Below are positions 19,626 through 28,419 of a DNA stretch of 64,000 nucleotides, piece after piece. How positions within the stretch are numbered: position 1 is the stretch's first letter; each line of letters starts with the position of its first letter. The stretch is from positions 402 through 64,401 of the forward strand of contig JBIKWJ010000004.1 of assembly GCA_044356325.1 (NCBI GenBank). The letters are read 5' to 3'. A model generated the notes under the pieces. That model had not been told where the DNA came from and searched no databases. It was given only the letters and a program-made list of their open reading frames with translations. The translations under genes were made by a program, and so were the position numbers. The DNA is from Minisyncoccia bacterium (GTDB lineage: Bacteria > Patescibacteriota > Minisyncoccia > SW-4-49-11).

Positions 19626-20309
19626 CTATTCCGCTTCACCTTTAGAATCTTTGAAAGAGAGTCTATCTGCCAATTCCGAAGTTTCAGCATAAAGCTTCAT
19701 TTTCAAATTGAATGGATGTCCATGCATGGCAATCAAATTCATATTGTCAGCAACACTCACACTTTCTCGGGTTGGCTTTGGTAAACTAAAGTCAGGCTCC
19801 TTAGGCTCCTCCACAACTATTCCTAGCTTATACAACTCATTTAGCCAGAAATATCTAACATTTGTCAATAATGTATAAATATTTATTTCAGTACCATCGT
19901 TAAGAGTGGCGTAGAGCCCCTTTGTTGCAACATAATATACACCTTCTTCATCTTCATAAGCCGTAAGTACCAAATATTCTTCTATCTGACTAGCGCTGCT
20001 AATCAATGCATTTTTCCTATCCAACTTACTATGCTTAGAACAATCTGCAATATCGCGAACAAAGCTAAACTGAGAAAAAATTACAAGAATATACTTCTCA
20101 AGATACTCTTTAGGGGTTCTAAACTCCTCATTGATCTCTTTTACATTATGGTAGAGATGCTCATAAGTATGATAAAAAGCCACAGCACAGTTAATCGCTA
20201 ATCTGATATTAATACTCAACCCAAACTCCTTTTTATCAAAGACCTCCTTGAATGATCTATACTCCATTAGAGGACCCTCAACAAAGTATGTTTTTATATC
20301 ACTGTACAT
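19626..20309 (-). CDS. Hypothetical protein, possibly HEPN-like
   Basis: Helical protein with AINCAVAFYH..E and VRDIADCSKH motifs. It lies beside the tRNA-derived element. Confidence 0.5.
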   Translation of the reverse strand: MYSDIKTYFVEGPLMEYRSFKEVFDKKEFGLSINIRLAINCAVAFYHTYEHLYHNVKEINEEFRTPKEYLEKYILVIFSQFSFVRDIADCSKHSKLDRKNALISSASQIEEYLVLTAYEDEEGVYYVATKGLYATLNDGTEINIYTLLTNVRYFWLNELYKLGIVVEEPKEPDFSLPKPTRESVSVADNMNLIAMHGHPFNLKMKLYAETSELADRLSFKDSKGEAE

Positions 20310-20491
20310 AATTCATCCCGTTTACAGAGTATAATCTAAATTTTTCAAGCTTGAGACATAGGTATCAGCCAACTTTCAAATTATCAAAAATCCGACTAAA
20401 TATCAACAATCTATACATGTATTATATACTTTTCACTCTGTTCACGCTAGTGTGTATACCAATTAATTACGAAGTTTCAAAGACTATATAA

Positions 20492-20618
20492 GGGAGAGTA
20501 AGAGATTACGAACTCGTCGCAAATGGGATTTGCTCTTTGAAACCCCTCGGTTTCAATACTTCCGCCACAGGAAACTTCCGTTTCCCGACCCCTTCCCTAG
20601 TTCGAATTTCTCTTTACT
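20492..20618 (-). other. tRNA-Ser 3'-end-derived multi-hairpin element (att-like)
   Basis: GGAGAGTAAGAGATTACGAACTC (20493-20515) matches the tRNA 3' end (20671-20692) with one extra base. It closes with AGTTCGAATTTCTCTTTACT around three inner hairpins. Confidence 0.65.
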
Positions 20619-20631
20619 AACTTATGGAAAT

Positions 20632-20661
20632 TAAAAAATAGGAGTATACCCCTATTTTTTA
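20632..20661 (-). terminator. Terminator downstream of tRNA-Ser
   Basis: TAAAAAATAGG-agtatacc-CCTATTTTTTA inverted repeat. Confidence 0.6.
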
Positions 20662-20669
20662 GATTATTG

Positions 20670-20755
20670 CGGAGAGTAAGAGATTCGAACTCTTGATACC
20701 TTTCGGTATACACGCTTTCCAAGCGTGCGCACTAGACCAACTATGCGAACTCTCC
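20670..20755 (-). tRNA. tRNA-Ser(GGA)
   Basis: Reverse complement is GGAGAGTTCGCATAGTTGGTCTAGTGCGCACGCTTGGAAAGCGTGTATACCGAAAGGTATCAAGAGTTCGAATCTCTTACTCTCCG, a cloverleaf with long variable arm, anticodon GGA and discriminator G. CCA is not encoded. Confidence 0.95.
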
Positions 20756-20863
20756 ATTATCTTGATTATTTTATCAGATATTTACTGTATTGACTAGAGT
20801 AGAGATTAAATAATTATACTATTGTAAAATTAAGTTAGTTAAAAAGTTATCTAGAATTAATAT

Positions 20864-21583
20864 CTAAATTTTAATAAGTTTCAACAACAAATATGAAGGG
20901 AAATTAGTCTCATCCTTCCACTTTTCTGGATATTCTGATATATCTTTTTGAGACGGTTTAGTTTCAATCACCTTATCAATCTTAAAGCCTGCTTTTATAA
21001 TCTCATTAAAATAAAAGCTAAGTGGATGGGTATAAGTTTTTGTTGAAAAATTATTATTATATATATCTTGTAGAGAGATTGTGACTTTCTTACTATTCCA
21101 ATAATGTATTTTATCATAGTGAAATTTTATCCAATCACTATTTGGTTTTTTAATAAACATCAAAGGATGTGGAATTGCTATTATAAAAATACCTTTATCT
21201 CTCAAAATTGAATATGTCATTTGTAGACTTTTAATAATATCTTTTTTACTTAAATGTTGTAAAACAATAATTGAAATAATTACATCAAACTTTTGCTTAA
21301 TCTTTTTATACTCAATTACAGAATCAATAAAAAATTCAATATTAGGAGACTTAATTTTACATAACTTAATAAGTTCATCTGAAATATCAACTCCGATAAC
21401 ATTACCTTCTTTTTTAGCAATTGATCTTGATAAATACCCCTCACCACATCCTGCATCTAAAACATCTTTTCCTTTTACATTACCAATAAGCTTTAGAACT
21501 AATGGTCTTACTAAATAATCACTATGAATAGTTTTTTTATTTCTATCCCAAAAACTAGCTTTTTTCTTATATTCATTATTCAT
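20864..21583 (-). CDS. Class I SAM-dependent methyltransferase
   Basis: VLDAGCGEG, GVDIS and FDVII. Confidence 0.88.
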   Translation of the reverse strand: MNNEYKKKASFWDRNKKTIHSDYLVRPLVLKLIGNVKGKDVLDAGCGEGYLSRSIAKKEGNVIGVDISDELIKLCKIKSPNIEFFIDSVIEYKKIKQKFDVIISIIVLQHLSKKDIIKSLQMTYSILRDKGIFIIAIPHPLMFIKKPNSDWIKFHYDKIHYWNSKKVTISLQDIYNNNFSTKTYTHPLSFYFNEIIKAGFKIDKVIETKPSQKDISEYPEKWKDETNFPSYLLLKLIKI

Positions 21584-21653
21584 AATAATAAATGATTTAT
21601 ACCATAATTATACCATATTCTGTGGAAGAGGTAAATTTATATCCTAAAAAAAA

Positions 21654-21677
21654 GGGTAGTCATCGTACGACTACCCT
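21654..21677 (-). terminator. Intrinsic terminator
   Basis: AGGGTAGTC...GACTACCCT with an A-run on the + strand. Confidence 0.65.
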
Positions 21678-21695
21678 AATAATCTCCACAACAGT

Positions 21696-22058
21696 TCAAA
21701 GTTGACAGAAAAGTCTAGCTCTAGCTAGAGCGTTAGACTCTTCATTGATACCACCAAAAAATGTGGTGGAGCAAACTGTTATGGGTGTTTTTGAAAAGTT
21801 CACATATACTCCAGCATTCCCTGCTGGAGCAGAACCTCCTATATCTCCATAACCTTGCCCATATACACCATAATGTATTTTATTTTTATTATCTCCTCCA
21901 ACTGGAATGAGTGCTTCCGTAAAGAAGGAACCTCTTTCACCCTCGGTGAGGGTGACCTCACTGAGGATACTTGGCCCTGGTGGCTTGGCCTGAGCTGCTG
22001 AGGGAGCAGCTAACACAAAACACCCAAGAAAAATAGCACAAAGTTGAGAACGAAACAT
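21696..22058 (-). CDS. Hypothetical secreted orphan protein
   Basis: Signal-peptide-like N-terminus (CAIFLGCFVLAAPSAAQA), its own TTGACA promoter and a terminator. More GC-rich than its neighbours. Confidence 0.55.
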   Translation of the reverse strand: MFRSQLCAIFLGCFVLAAPSAAQAKPPGPSILSEVTLTEGERGSFFTEALIPVGGDNKNKIHYGVYGQGYGDIGGSAPAGNAGVYVNFSKTPITVCSTTFFGGINEESNALARARLFCQL

Positions 22059-22124
22059 GTCCAAGGTTAGCTGAGTACCCCTATTTTGTAGCATATATAT
22101 ATTTATTTGTCAAATGTATATATC

Positions 22125-22817
22125 TTAAATTAAATCTAACTTTCTCTTAGCAGTATTATAAAATTCTTCTACTATTTCATATCCATAAAATATTCCATTT
22201 CTCTTTAACACTTCAACTCCTAAATTAGCTGTACCCATAAAAGGATCTAGAACTTTCATTTCTTTTATAAAATATTTTCCCAAAATAAAATCTATTATTG
22301 CTTTAGGTTGAGGACAAGGATGTTCAGGTACAGATATGTAGTTAATATATAGAATATCACCAGAATATTGCTTTACTTTTGATTTACTAAAGACTAATAT
22401 TTGATGACAATTAGAATGGGAATACTCTTTAGTTATATAATTTTCATCAAATCCATGATCTGGTAATTCAAAACCATTATCTGAATTAACAAAATTAATA
22501 TGTCTAGTTTCTAAAAATAAATTACAATCTAATACAGCAAATTTCTGTACTAAACCAGCAAGTTGAATATATTTATTATCAGTAAAAATACTGTCTGATA
22601 TTTCTATTATTAATTTTCCATTTTTATTTAATTTTTTACTAATTTCTAAAATAACATTTTTTATAAAATAAATATATTTATCTAAATCTAAATCATCATC
22701 AAAATTTCCATAATAAGTTTTTATATTATAAGGTGGACTAAAAATAGCCAAGTCTATTGACTCTTCATCTATTTCTGACATAGATTCTGAGGAATGATTA
22801 AAAATTTTATATTTCAT
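22125..22817 (-). CDS. Orphan N4-C/N6-A DNA methyltransferase (beta-class motif order)
   Basis: IDLAIFSPPYN (motif IV) at the N-terminus, HP...P, and VLDPFMGT (motif I) with GYEI at the C-terminus. Confidence 0.85.
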   Translation of the reverse strand: MKYKIFNHSSESMSEIDEESIDLAIFSPPYNIKTYYGNFDDDLDLDKYIYFIKNVILEISKKLNKNGKLIIEISDSIFTDNKYIQLAGLVQKFAVLDCNLFLETRHINFVNSDNGFELPDHGFDENYITKEYSHSNCHQILVFSKSKVKQYSGDILYINYISVPEHPCPQPKAIIDFILGKYFIKEMKVLDPFMGTANLGVEVLKRNGIFYGYEIVEEFYNTAKRKLDLI

Positions 22818-22987
22818 AAATTTAGTATACTCCTAAAACCATTGTTATAATATAGCAAAATTATTTTTTAACACTTTATTATTATATCATATTTTTCATT
22901 GTGAATTATGAGTTGTGAATTATTGATTACATCCACTTTTCAATTAAGAAAATTATTTATGGATATAAGCTAGCACCTACATATATT

Positions 22988-23258
22988 TTATGAAGCATTC
23001 AATATCAATAACAAATCTTTTTCCCAATCAAAGGATGTCGTTTCCATATTTTGTAATTTTTCTACAGCTTTTAGGCATTTTGCATCTTTTTTGATAAATT
23101 TTTTCAATAATTCCACTATATCTACCATAAAATCTCCTACTGTTCCGTCTGAATCGTCTACTCCATTCATTAATTTTTTTTTCTAATCTCAGTAGTATTT
23201 TTACTAAAATTTTAGCTGTCTGCAAACTAACTGGCAATTTAGATATAACTAGTATCAT
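22988..23258 (-). pseudogene. Frameshifted hypothetical gene fragment
   Basis: Removing one base from the T9 run at 23174-23182 joins two ORFs into ...LLRLEKKLMNGVDDSDGTVGDF... Confidence 0.6.
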
Positions 23259-23343
23259 TATCTACTCCTTTTATTAGTCAGATATTTACTGTATTGACTA
23301 GAGTTGTATATCAGTTTAATATAGATTTATACTAAATCATTTT

Positions 23344-23601
23344 ATGAATATACAAGATATTGTTATTACTATTGCAACTATTATTCTTTCTGTATCCCTG
23401 ATCCCCCAAGTTATATTAGGATTTCAGACTAAAACTCAAGATATTACGTATATTACTTCTATATCTTCTCTTATCTCTTTATTATTTATGGCAGTTGCTT
23501 TTGCTTCTCTTGAACTTTGGTTATCTGCTATTATTACTGTACTCAATGCAATACCCTGGTTTATATTTATGATTCAAAAATATATTTATACAAAAAAATA
23601 A
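23344..23601 (+). CDS. PQ-loop/SemiSWEET-like small membrane protein
   Basis: 85 aa, 3 TM segments, SLIPQV...TK..DI. Confidence 0.7.
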   Translation: MNIQDIVITIATIILSVSLIPQVILGFQTKTQDITYITSISSLISLLFMAVAFASLELWLSAIITVLNAIPWFIFMIQKYIYTKK

Positions 23602-23707
23602 TATATTAAAAAAAGCTCCTCTTTTCATTTAGCAATCTATTATTTTGTTTGCGAGAAACCTATATATCGTATATACTGAATACAGTACTTATTAATCAAT
23701 TATCAAT

Positions 23708-26425
23708 ATGGATACATCCAATAAACCCGATGCATTAACAAAAATTGCTCTATTCTTCTTGAATAAATGGCGAATTACTGTTCTCTTATTAGTCGGTATT
23801 CTTGCAATTGGAACTGCAGCTTATACTACATTTTTAAAGCGTGAGGGGTTTCCTACTATTGAGGTTCCAGTTGCTCTGATTCAAACTCCTTATTTTGTCA
23901 ATGATAAAGGACTTGTAGATAAAGATGTCACCGAGCCAATTGAATCGGCTATCGGAAGTATACAAGAGATTAAAGCTATAACCTCTACCAGTGCTGATAA
24001 TTTTTCTAATATTACGGTTGAATTCAAAGAAGGTACAACTTCTAAGGATGGAGCAAAATTATTAGAAGATGCAGTGAATGGTGCTACCCTACCACAGGAT
24101 ATCAAACCTTCTTTTGTCACAATTAATGCCGCTTCTTTTGATGGAGAGAATGACCTTGTATTCAGTTTAATTGGTAATGGAAAATCTACTCAGGAATTGC
24201 AAGATAAGGCTACTTTTGTTGCAAAGGAAATAGATTCTGTGAATTCAGTTACTCGAACAAATGTCATTGATTTACAAGAAGTTCAAACGAATCCTATTAC
24301 AGGAGAATCTAATTTAGAGCAAATTAAATTTGGACGCTCAGCTCATCGCAATGATGACGATAAATTAGTATTCTCTGATGCTATCCTGATTGGAGCTGTA
24401 CGAGATACTTCTAAGGGAACCATTGAATTCTCACAGGCTATTCAAGACAAAGTTCAAAAGCTAAAAGATGCTGGAGATTTAGATGGATATGATGTGATAT
24501 TTGGTGGTGGAGATGCTTCTAATGCTCTTACTGCACAATTATCTTTACTCCAGGAAAGCGCTATATCTGGGCTTATCGCAGTTATGGTTATTATGATATT
24601 AATTGTTAACTGGAGAGCTTCTATTGTGATTGCGGTGTTTATCCCTGTCTCTATTGCACTTACTTCTTTAGGATTATATCTGATTGGATATTCTCTTAAT
24701 ACCCTGACTTTATTTGGACTGATTCTGGTGATTGGATTAATCGCCGATGATGCTATTCTTGTGATTGATGCTATTGATAATGCCCGTAAACAAGGTTATA
24801 AAGGGAAAAAGGCGGTAATTCATGCCATTAATACTGTTGGGCTGGCAGATATATCTGGAACTGTTACTACCATTCTAGCCTTTATTCCTATTGCTCTTGT
24901 ATCTGGTACTTTAGGAGAATTTATTAAGCTTATTCCTATTACCGTTATCTTGACTTTGGCTTTATCTCTGATAGTAAGTCTTACTCTGATTCCTTTCTTT
25001 GCAAACTTGGTATTACCTCATTATGAAGCTGAGACAGGAGTCAAGACGAAAAGAAAAGGTATTAGCAAAGTACTCTATAATGTTCTCTATTTTGTTCCTG
25101 GTATTATTGATTGGATTAATATTAAAGTGTATCAGTATACCAATTGGTATCTTAATAATATATGGCGTAGTACTATAATATTTGTTTTGACGATAGCACT
25201 TATTGGAGCAGGAATATTTACTGCAGGTAAACTCAAATTTGCTATTTTTGCTCCGGCTAAAGACACCAATGAGATTACAGTAACTTCTATATTAAAGGAT
25301 AATCGTGATTTACAGAAATCTATTGATACCACCAAAGAGGTTGAGAGAATTATCAAGGATACTAATGCTGAGTATATTGATGATATTACCTACTTTAATG
25401 CTGATGCATCTGGTGTATTAATGTATATTACTCTTACACCTCTTGGAGAGCGAGAGAAAACTTCAGCTACTATTGTATCTGAGATAAATGATAAGATTGC
25501 CGATAATGTAAAACTGAAAGATTTGAAAGTCAAAGCAGGTATAGCTGGAGCTGGTCCTCCAACTGATGATTATCAAATTACCTTCCAAGTATTCTCAGAC
25601 AATCAAAAAACTCTTGAAAATTCAACCAAAGAAATTCGAGACTTTACCAGAGATATCAAATTAGATGGTGGTGAAATCAAAGATGTCATTATCAATAATA
25701 TTGATACTATTACCCGAAAAGATGGTAGAAGATTTGCCTCTGTGCAAGTTGCTGTGTCTGACCCAGAGAATACCAATCTTGTACTTGAAGCTCAAACTGC
25801 TATTAAAGAAAAATTTGATACTGATGCATTTCGTTCTAAGTATGATTTATCCAAAGATGGAGTTGCCTTTGATCTAGGACAACAAGGAGAAAATCTCGAT
25901 TCCTTCCAATCTGCGATATTTGCTCTTATTGCGGCTATTATCATTATGTATGTACTCTTGGTATTGCAATTCAATTCCTTGAGCCAACCATTCCTCATCT
26001 TAATGGCTGTACCATTCTCATTCCCTGGATTATTCTTTGGACTTTATTTGACCAATAACCCATTAAGCTTCTTTGCCTTAATTGGTATTACGGGTCTTGT
26101 CGGTATTGTGGTTAATAATACTATTCTCTTACTTGATTACTCAAATGCCGTCTTAGCAGAAACGGGATCTATTCGGGAATCAATTTCTGGAGCAATCAAA
26201 TATCGTTTCCGAGCTTTGATTACTACTTCTCTCTCAACTATTGTTGGTATACTTCCTCTCGCTTTTGCTGACCCATTCTGGGAAGGACTTGCCTATGCAC
26301 TAGTATTCGGACTTACATCTAGTACCCTATTGGTAATATTTGCCTATCCGGTATTCTATGTAGCCTTGGCTCATACTCGACGATTTGTCTGGAGAAAAGT
26401 ATTCCGTAAAAAAGACTTTAATTAA
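23708..26425 (+). CDS. RND-family efflux transporter permease (AcrB-like)
   Basis: GLIADDAILVID, GIVVNN.ILL and RFR....TSL.T..G.LP in a 12-TM layout. Confidence 0.92.
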   Translation: MDTSNKPDALTKIALFFLNKWRITVLLLVGILAIGTAAYTTFLKREGFPTIEVPVALIQTPYFVNDKGLVDKDVTEPIESAIGSIQEIKAITSTSADNFSNITVEFKEGTTSKDGAKLLEDAVNGATLPQDIKPSFVTINAASFDGENDLVFSLIGNGKSTQELQDKATFVAKEIDSVNSVTRTNVIDLQEVQTNPITGESNLEQIKFGRSAHRNDDDKLVFSDAILIGAVRDTSKGTIEFSQAIQDKVQKLKDAGDLDGYDVIFGGGDASNALTAQLSLLQESAISGLIAVMVIMILIVNWRASIVIAVFIPVSIALTSLGLYLIGYSLNTLTLFGLILVIGLIADDAILVIDAIDNARKQGYKGKKAVIHAINTVGLADISGTVTTILAFIPIALVSGTLGEFIKLIPITVILTLALSLIVSLTLIPFFANLVLPHYEAETGVKTKRKGISKVLYNVLYFVPGIIDWINIKVYQYTNWYLNNIWRSTIIFVLTIALIGAGIFTAGKLKFAIFAPAKDTNEITVTSILKDNRDLQKSIDTTKEVERIIKDTNAEYIDDITYFNADASGVLMYITLTPLGEREKTSATIVSEINDKIADNVKLKDLKVKAGIAGAGPPTDDYQITFQVFSDNQKTLENSTKEIRDFTRDIKLDGGEIKDVIINNIDTITRKDGRRFASVQVAVSDPENTNLVLEAQTAIKEKFDTDAFRSKYDLSKDGVAFDLGQQGENLDSFQSAIFALIAAIIIMYVLLVLQFNSLSQPFLILMAVPFSFPGLFFGLYLTNNPLSFFALIGITGLVGIVVNNTILLLDYSNAVLAETGSIRESISGAIKYRFRALITTSLSTIVGILPLAFADPFWEGLAYALVFGLTSSTLLVIFAYPVFYVALAHTRRFVWRKVFRKKDFN

Positions 26426-26427
26426 GT

Positions 26428-26457
26428 AAAAAAGAGGTAGCTCATTGAGCTACCTTT
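26428..26457. terminator. Terminator between convergent genes
   Basis: AGGTAGCTCA-T-TGAGCTACCT preceded by an A-run. Confidence 0.65.
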
Positions 26458-26479
26458 GGTTGGATTCGTGGAATTACCT

Positions 26480-26926
26480 CTATGTAAAAAATTTAATAGT
26501 TTTTCTTAATTTTTTTATATAAAAATCCTTTACTGGAGACCATAAAGTCATTAGAATCAAGAATATACTAAAGCCATATCCCAAACTCAAATATCTTTGT
26601 TCATATAGTATATTACTAAGTGACTCACTCCCCATTTTTGATGCCCATACTGAACTTATCCTCAACAGCACCGGCAAGCACAGGTATAAAGTATAAATAC
26701 AATGAATAATAAATGATTTTTTGGAGTAAGTGTCAAATTGATTGTTAAATCTGATACTCTGATTATTAAGCGACATAATACCTGCTTCTACCATAATCCA
26801 AACCCATTGTAAAATTAGAATTGGTGATAGGAAAAATCCCCATAAAAATGCTATATCACTCCACCCTGACAATAGGCAATAAACTGCACTAAATAAACTC
26901 CCGATAGACCAGTAAACAATGAGCAT
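26480..26926 (-). CDS. Hypothetical orphan membrane protein
   Basis: About 4 hydrophobic segments, with its own TTGACA at 26994-26999 and a structured leader. Confidence 0.55.
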   Translation of the reverse strand: MLIVYWSIGSLFSAVYCLLSGWSDIAFLWGFFLSPILILQWVWIMVEAGIMSLNNQSIRFNNQFDTYSKKSFIIHCIYTLYLCLPVLLRISSVWASKMGSESLSNILYEQRYLSLGYGFSIFLILMTLWSPVKDFYIKKLRKTIKFFT

Positions 26927-27008
26927 TGTTCATTCCACCTACTTCGGGTGGGGTGAATAGGACCAACACTTTACAACATAAAATCTATACTTTTGTCAAT
27001 AATTCCAT

Positions 27009-28142
27009 TTATTTTTTAGATTTTTTCCAAAAAGTTTTATTCTGTATGTTTTCTGGAAGATAACTCTCAATATCATAAGCCTTATAATCTTTGCCATAGC
27101 CTAAATCTTTCATCAAATTAGTGGTAGCATTGCGAATATTCAATGGTATTGAGAGATTACCCGATTGTTTGACTTCCCTCTGAGCCTCTTTAATAGCATC
27201 ATATACTCTTCTATCTTTGGGGGCTTGAGCCAAATATACCACTCCATGCGCAAGATTAATAGAAGCCTCAGGAAGCCCCACTACTTCTACTGTTCGGAAT
27301 ACTTCATTGGCAATCACAAGTGCTGTGGGCAGAGCCATACCAATATCCTCACTCGCAAATATAATCATTCTACGTGCAATAAATTTAGGATCTTCTCCCC
27401 CTTCTAGCATACGGGCAAGATAATATAAAGCCGCATCTACTTGGCTGGCTCTCATACTTTTAATAAAGGCACTAATAACATCATAATGCTCCTCCCCTGC
27501 CCTATCATATCTAAGATTGGTATCTCTCAAGATAGCTTCAATATTCTCAATACTGATAGAATCCCCATACATAGACTTGGCCCTCTCATAAATTCCTAGA
27601 GCCTTACGGGCATCCCCATTGGCATATTGTGCAATATACTCACTTATAGTAGAATCCCCTAATCCCGCCTGAGCTAATATATTTTGTATTTCCTCTACAG
27701 TAAGGGCTATAAGCGTATAGATAATACAACGAGATTGTAGGGCGGCTATAATTTCAAAACTTGGATTCTCTGTAGTAGCTCCAATCAAAATCAGAGTTCC
27801 GTCTTCCACAAAAGGAAGTAAATATTCTTGTTGAGCTTTATTAAAACGATGTATCTCATCCAGGAATAAAATCTTTTGCTGTTCAGTATTATCTTTGATA
27901 ATTACTTCTATATCTTTTTTCCCTGCTCTTACTGCTGAGACTTCATATAATTTACCATCAATTGCATTACTATATATACGAGCTAGGGTAGTTTTACCCA
28001 CTCCAGGAGGACCCCACAAAATAAAGGATTGTGGCAATTGCTGTGTAATACACAGATAAAGAGGCTTACCCTCTCCTACAAGGTGTTTTTGACCTATAAA
28101 GGTATTCAGATTGATGGGTCTCACGCTATCTGCAAGTGGCAT
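27009..28142 (-). CDS. rarA: Replication-associated recombination protein A (MgsA)
   Basis: GPPGVGKTT, LDEIHRFNK.QQ, GATTENPSF and HYD.ISAFIKS.R.S. Confidence 0.95.
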   Translation of the reverse strand: MPLADSVRPINLNTFIGQKHLVGEGKPLYLCITQQLPQSFILWGPPGVGKTTLARIYSNAIDGKLYEVSAVRAGKKDIEVIIKDNTEQQKILFLDEIHRFNKAQQEYLLPFVEDGTLILIGATTENPSFEIIAALQSRCIIYTLIALTVEEIQNILAQAGLGDSTISEYIAQYANGDARKALGIYERAKSMYGDSISIENIEAILRDTNLRYDRAGEEHYDVISAFIKSMRASQVDAALYYLARMLEGGEDPKFIARRMIIFASEDIGMALPTALVIANEVFRTVEVVGLPEASINLAHGVVYLAQAPKDRRVYDAIKEAQREVKQSGNLSIPLNIRNATTNLMKDLGYGKDYKAYDIESYLPENIQNKTFWKKSKK

Positions 28143-28188
28143 AAGGGATAATTATATTAATACGTATAGTATAACATACACTGTATTA

Positions 28189-28344
28189 TTGTCCTCCTTT
28201 GGAGGAGGTACCCGCAGGGTGGAGGTGGATAATCAGAAAATTCTATTTTATATTAAACTTATATCTCTTTCCACCCCGTCAGGCAAAGCCTACCACCCCT
28301 CAAGAGGGGAATTTTAAAACAAGACACAATTTCAAGGGAGGACA
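28189..28344. repeat. Composite REP-like palindromic element 3
   Basis: TGTCCTCCTTTGGAGGAGG...GGAGGTGGATA and TCCACCCCG...CACCCCTCAAGAGGGGGAAT units. Confidence 0.75.
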
Positions 28345-28367
28345 TTTAAATCTGTTCCCTACCTACC

Positions 28368-28399
28368 AAAAAACCTGAGTTTTTATTCTCAGGTTTTTT
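28368..28399 (-). terminator. fusA terminator
   Basis: AAAAAACCTGAG...CTCAGGTTTTTT. Confidence 0.75.
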
Positions 28400-28419
28400 A
28401 GGTTTATAGATTGACACTA

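Larger units (their letters stand above)
20774..23304. mobile_element. 2.5-kb islet bounded by perfect 27-bp direct repeats
   Basis: TCAGATATTTACTGTATTGACTAGAGT occurs at 20774-20800 and 23278-23304. The cargo is mostly very AT-rich and no integrase is present. Confidence 0.65.

Noticed and set aside
20492-20618. Second functional tRNA gene
   Set aside because: Only the 3' about 22 nt match tRNA-Ser, and there is no canonical D-arm or anticodon arm.
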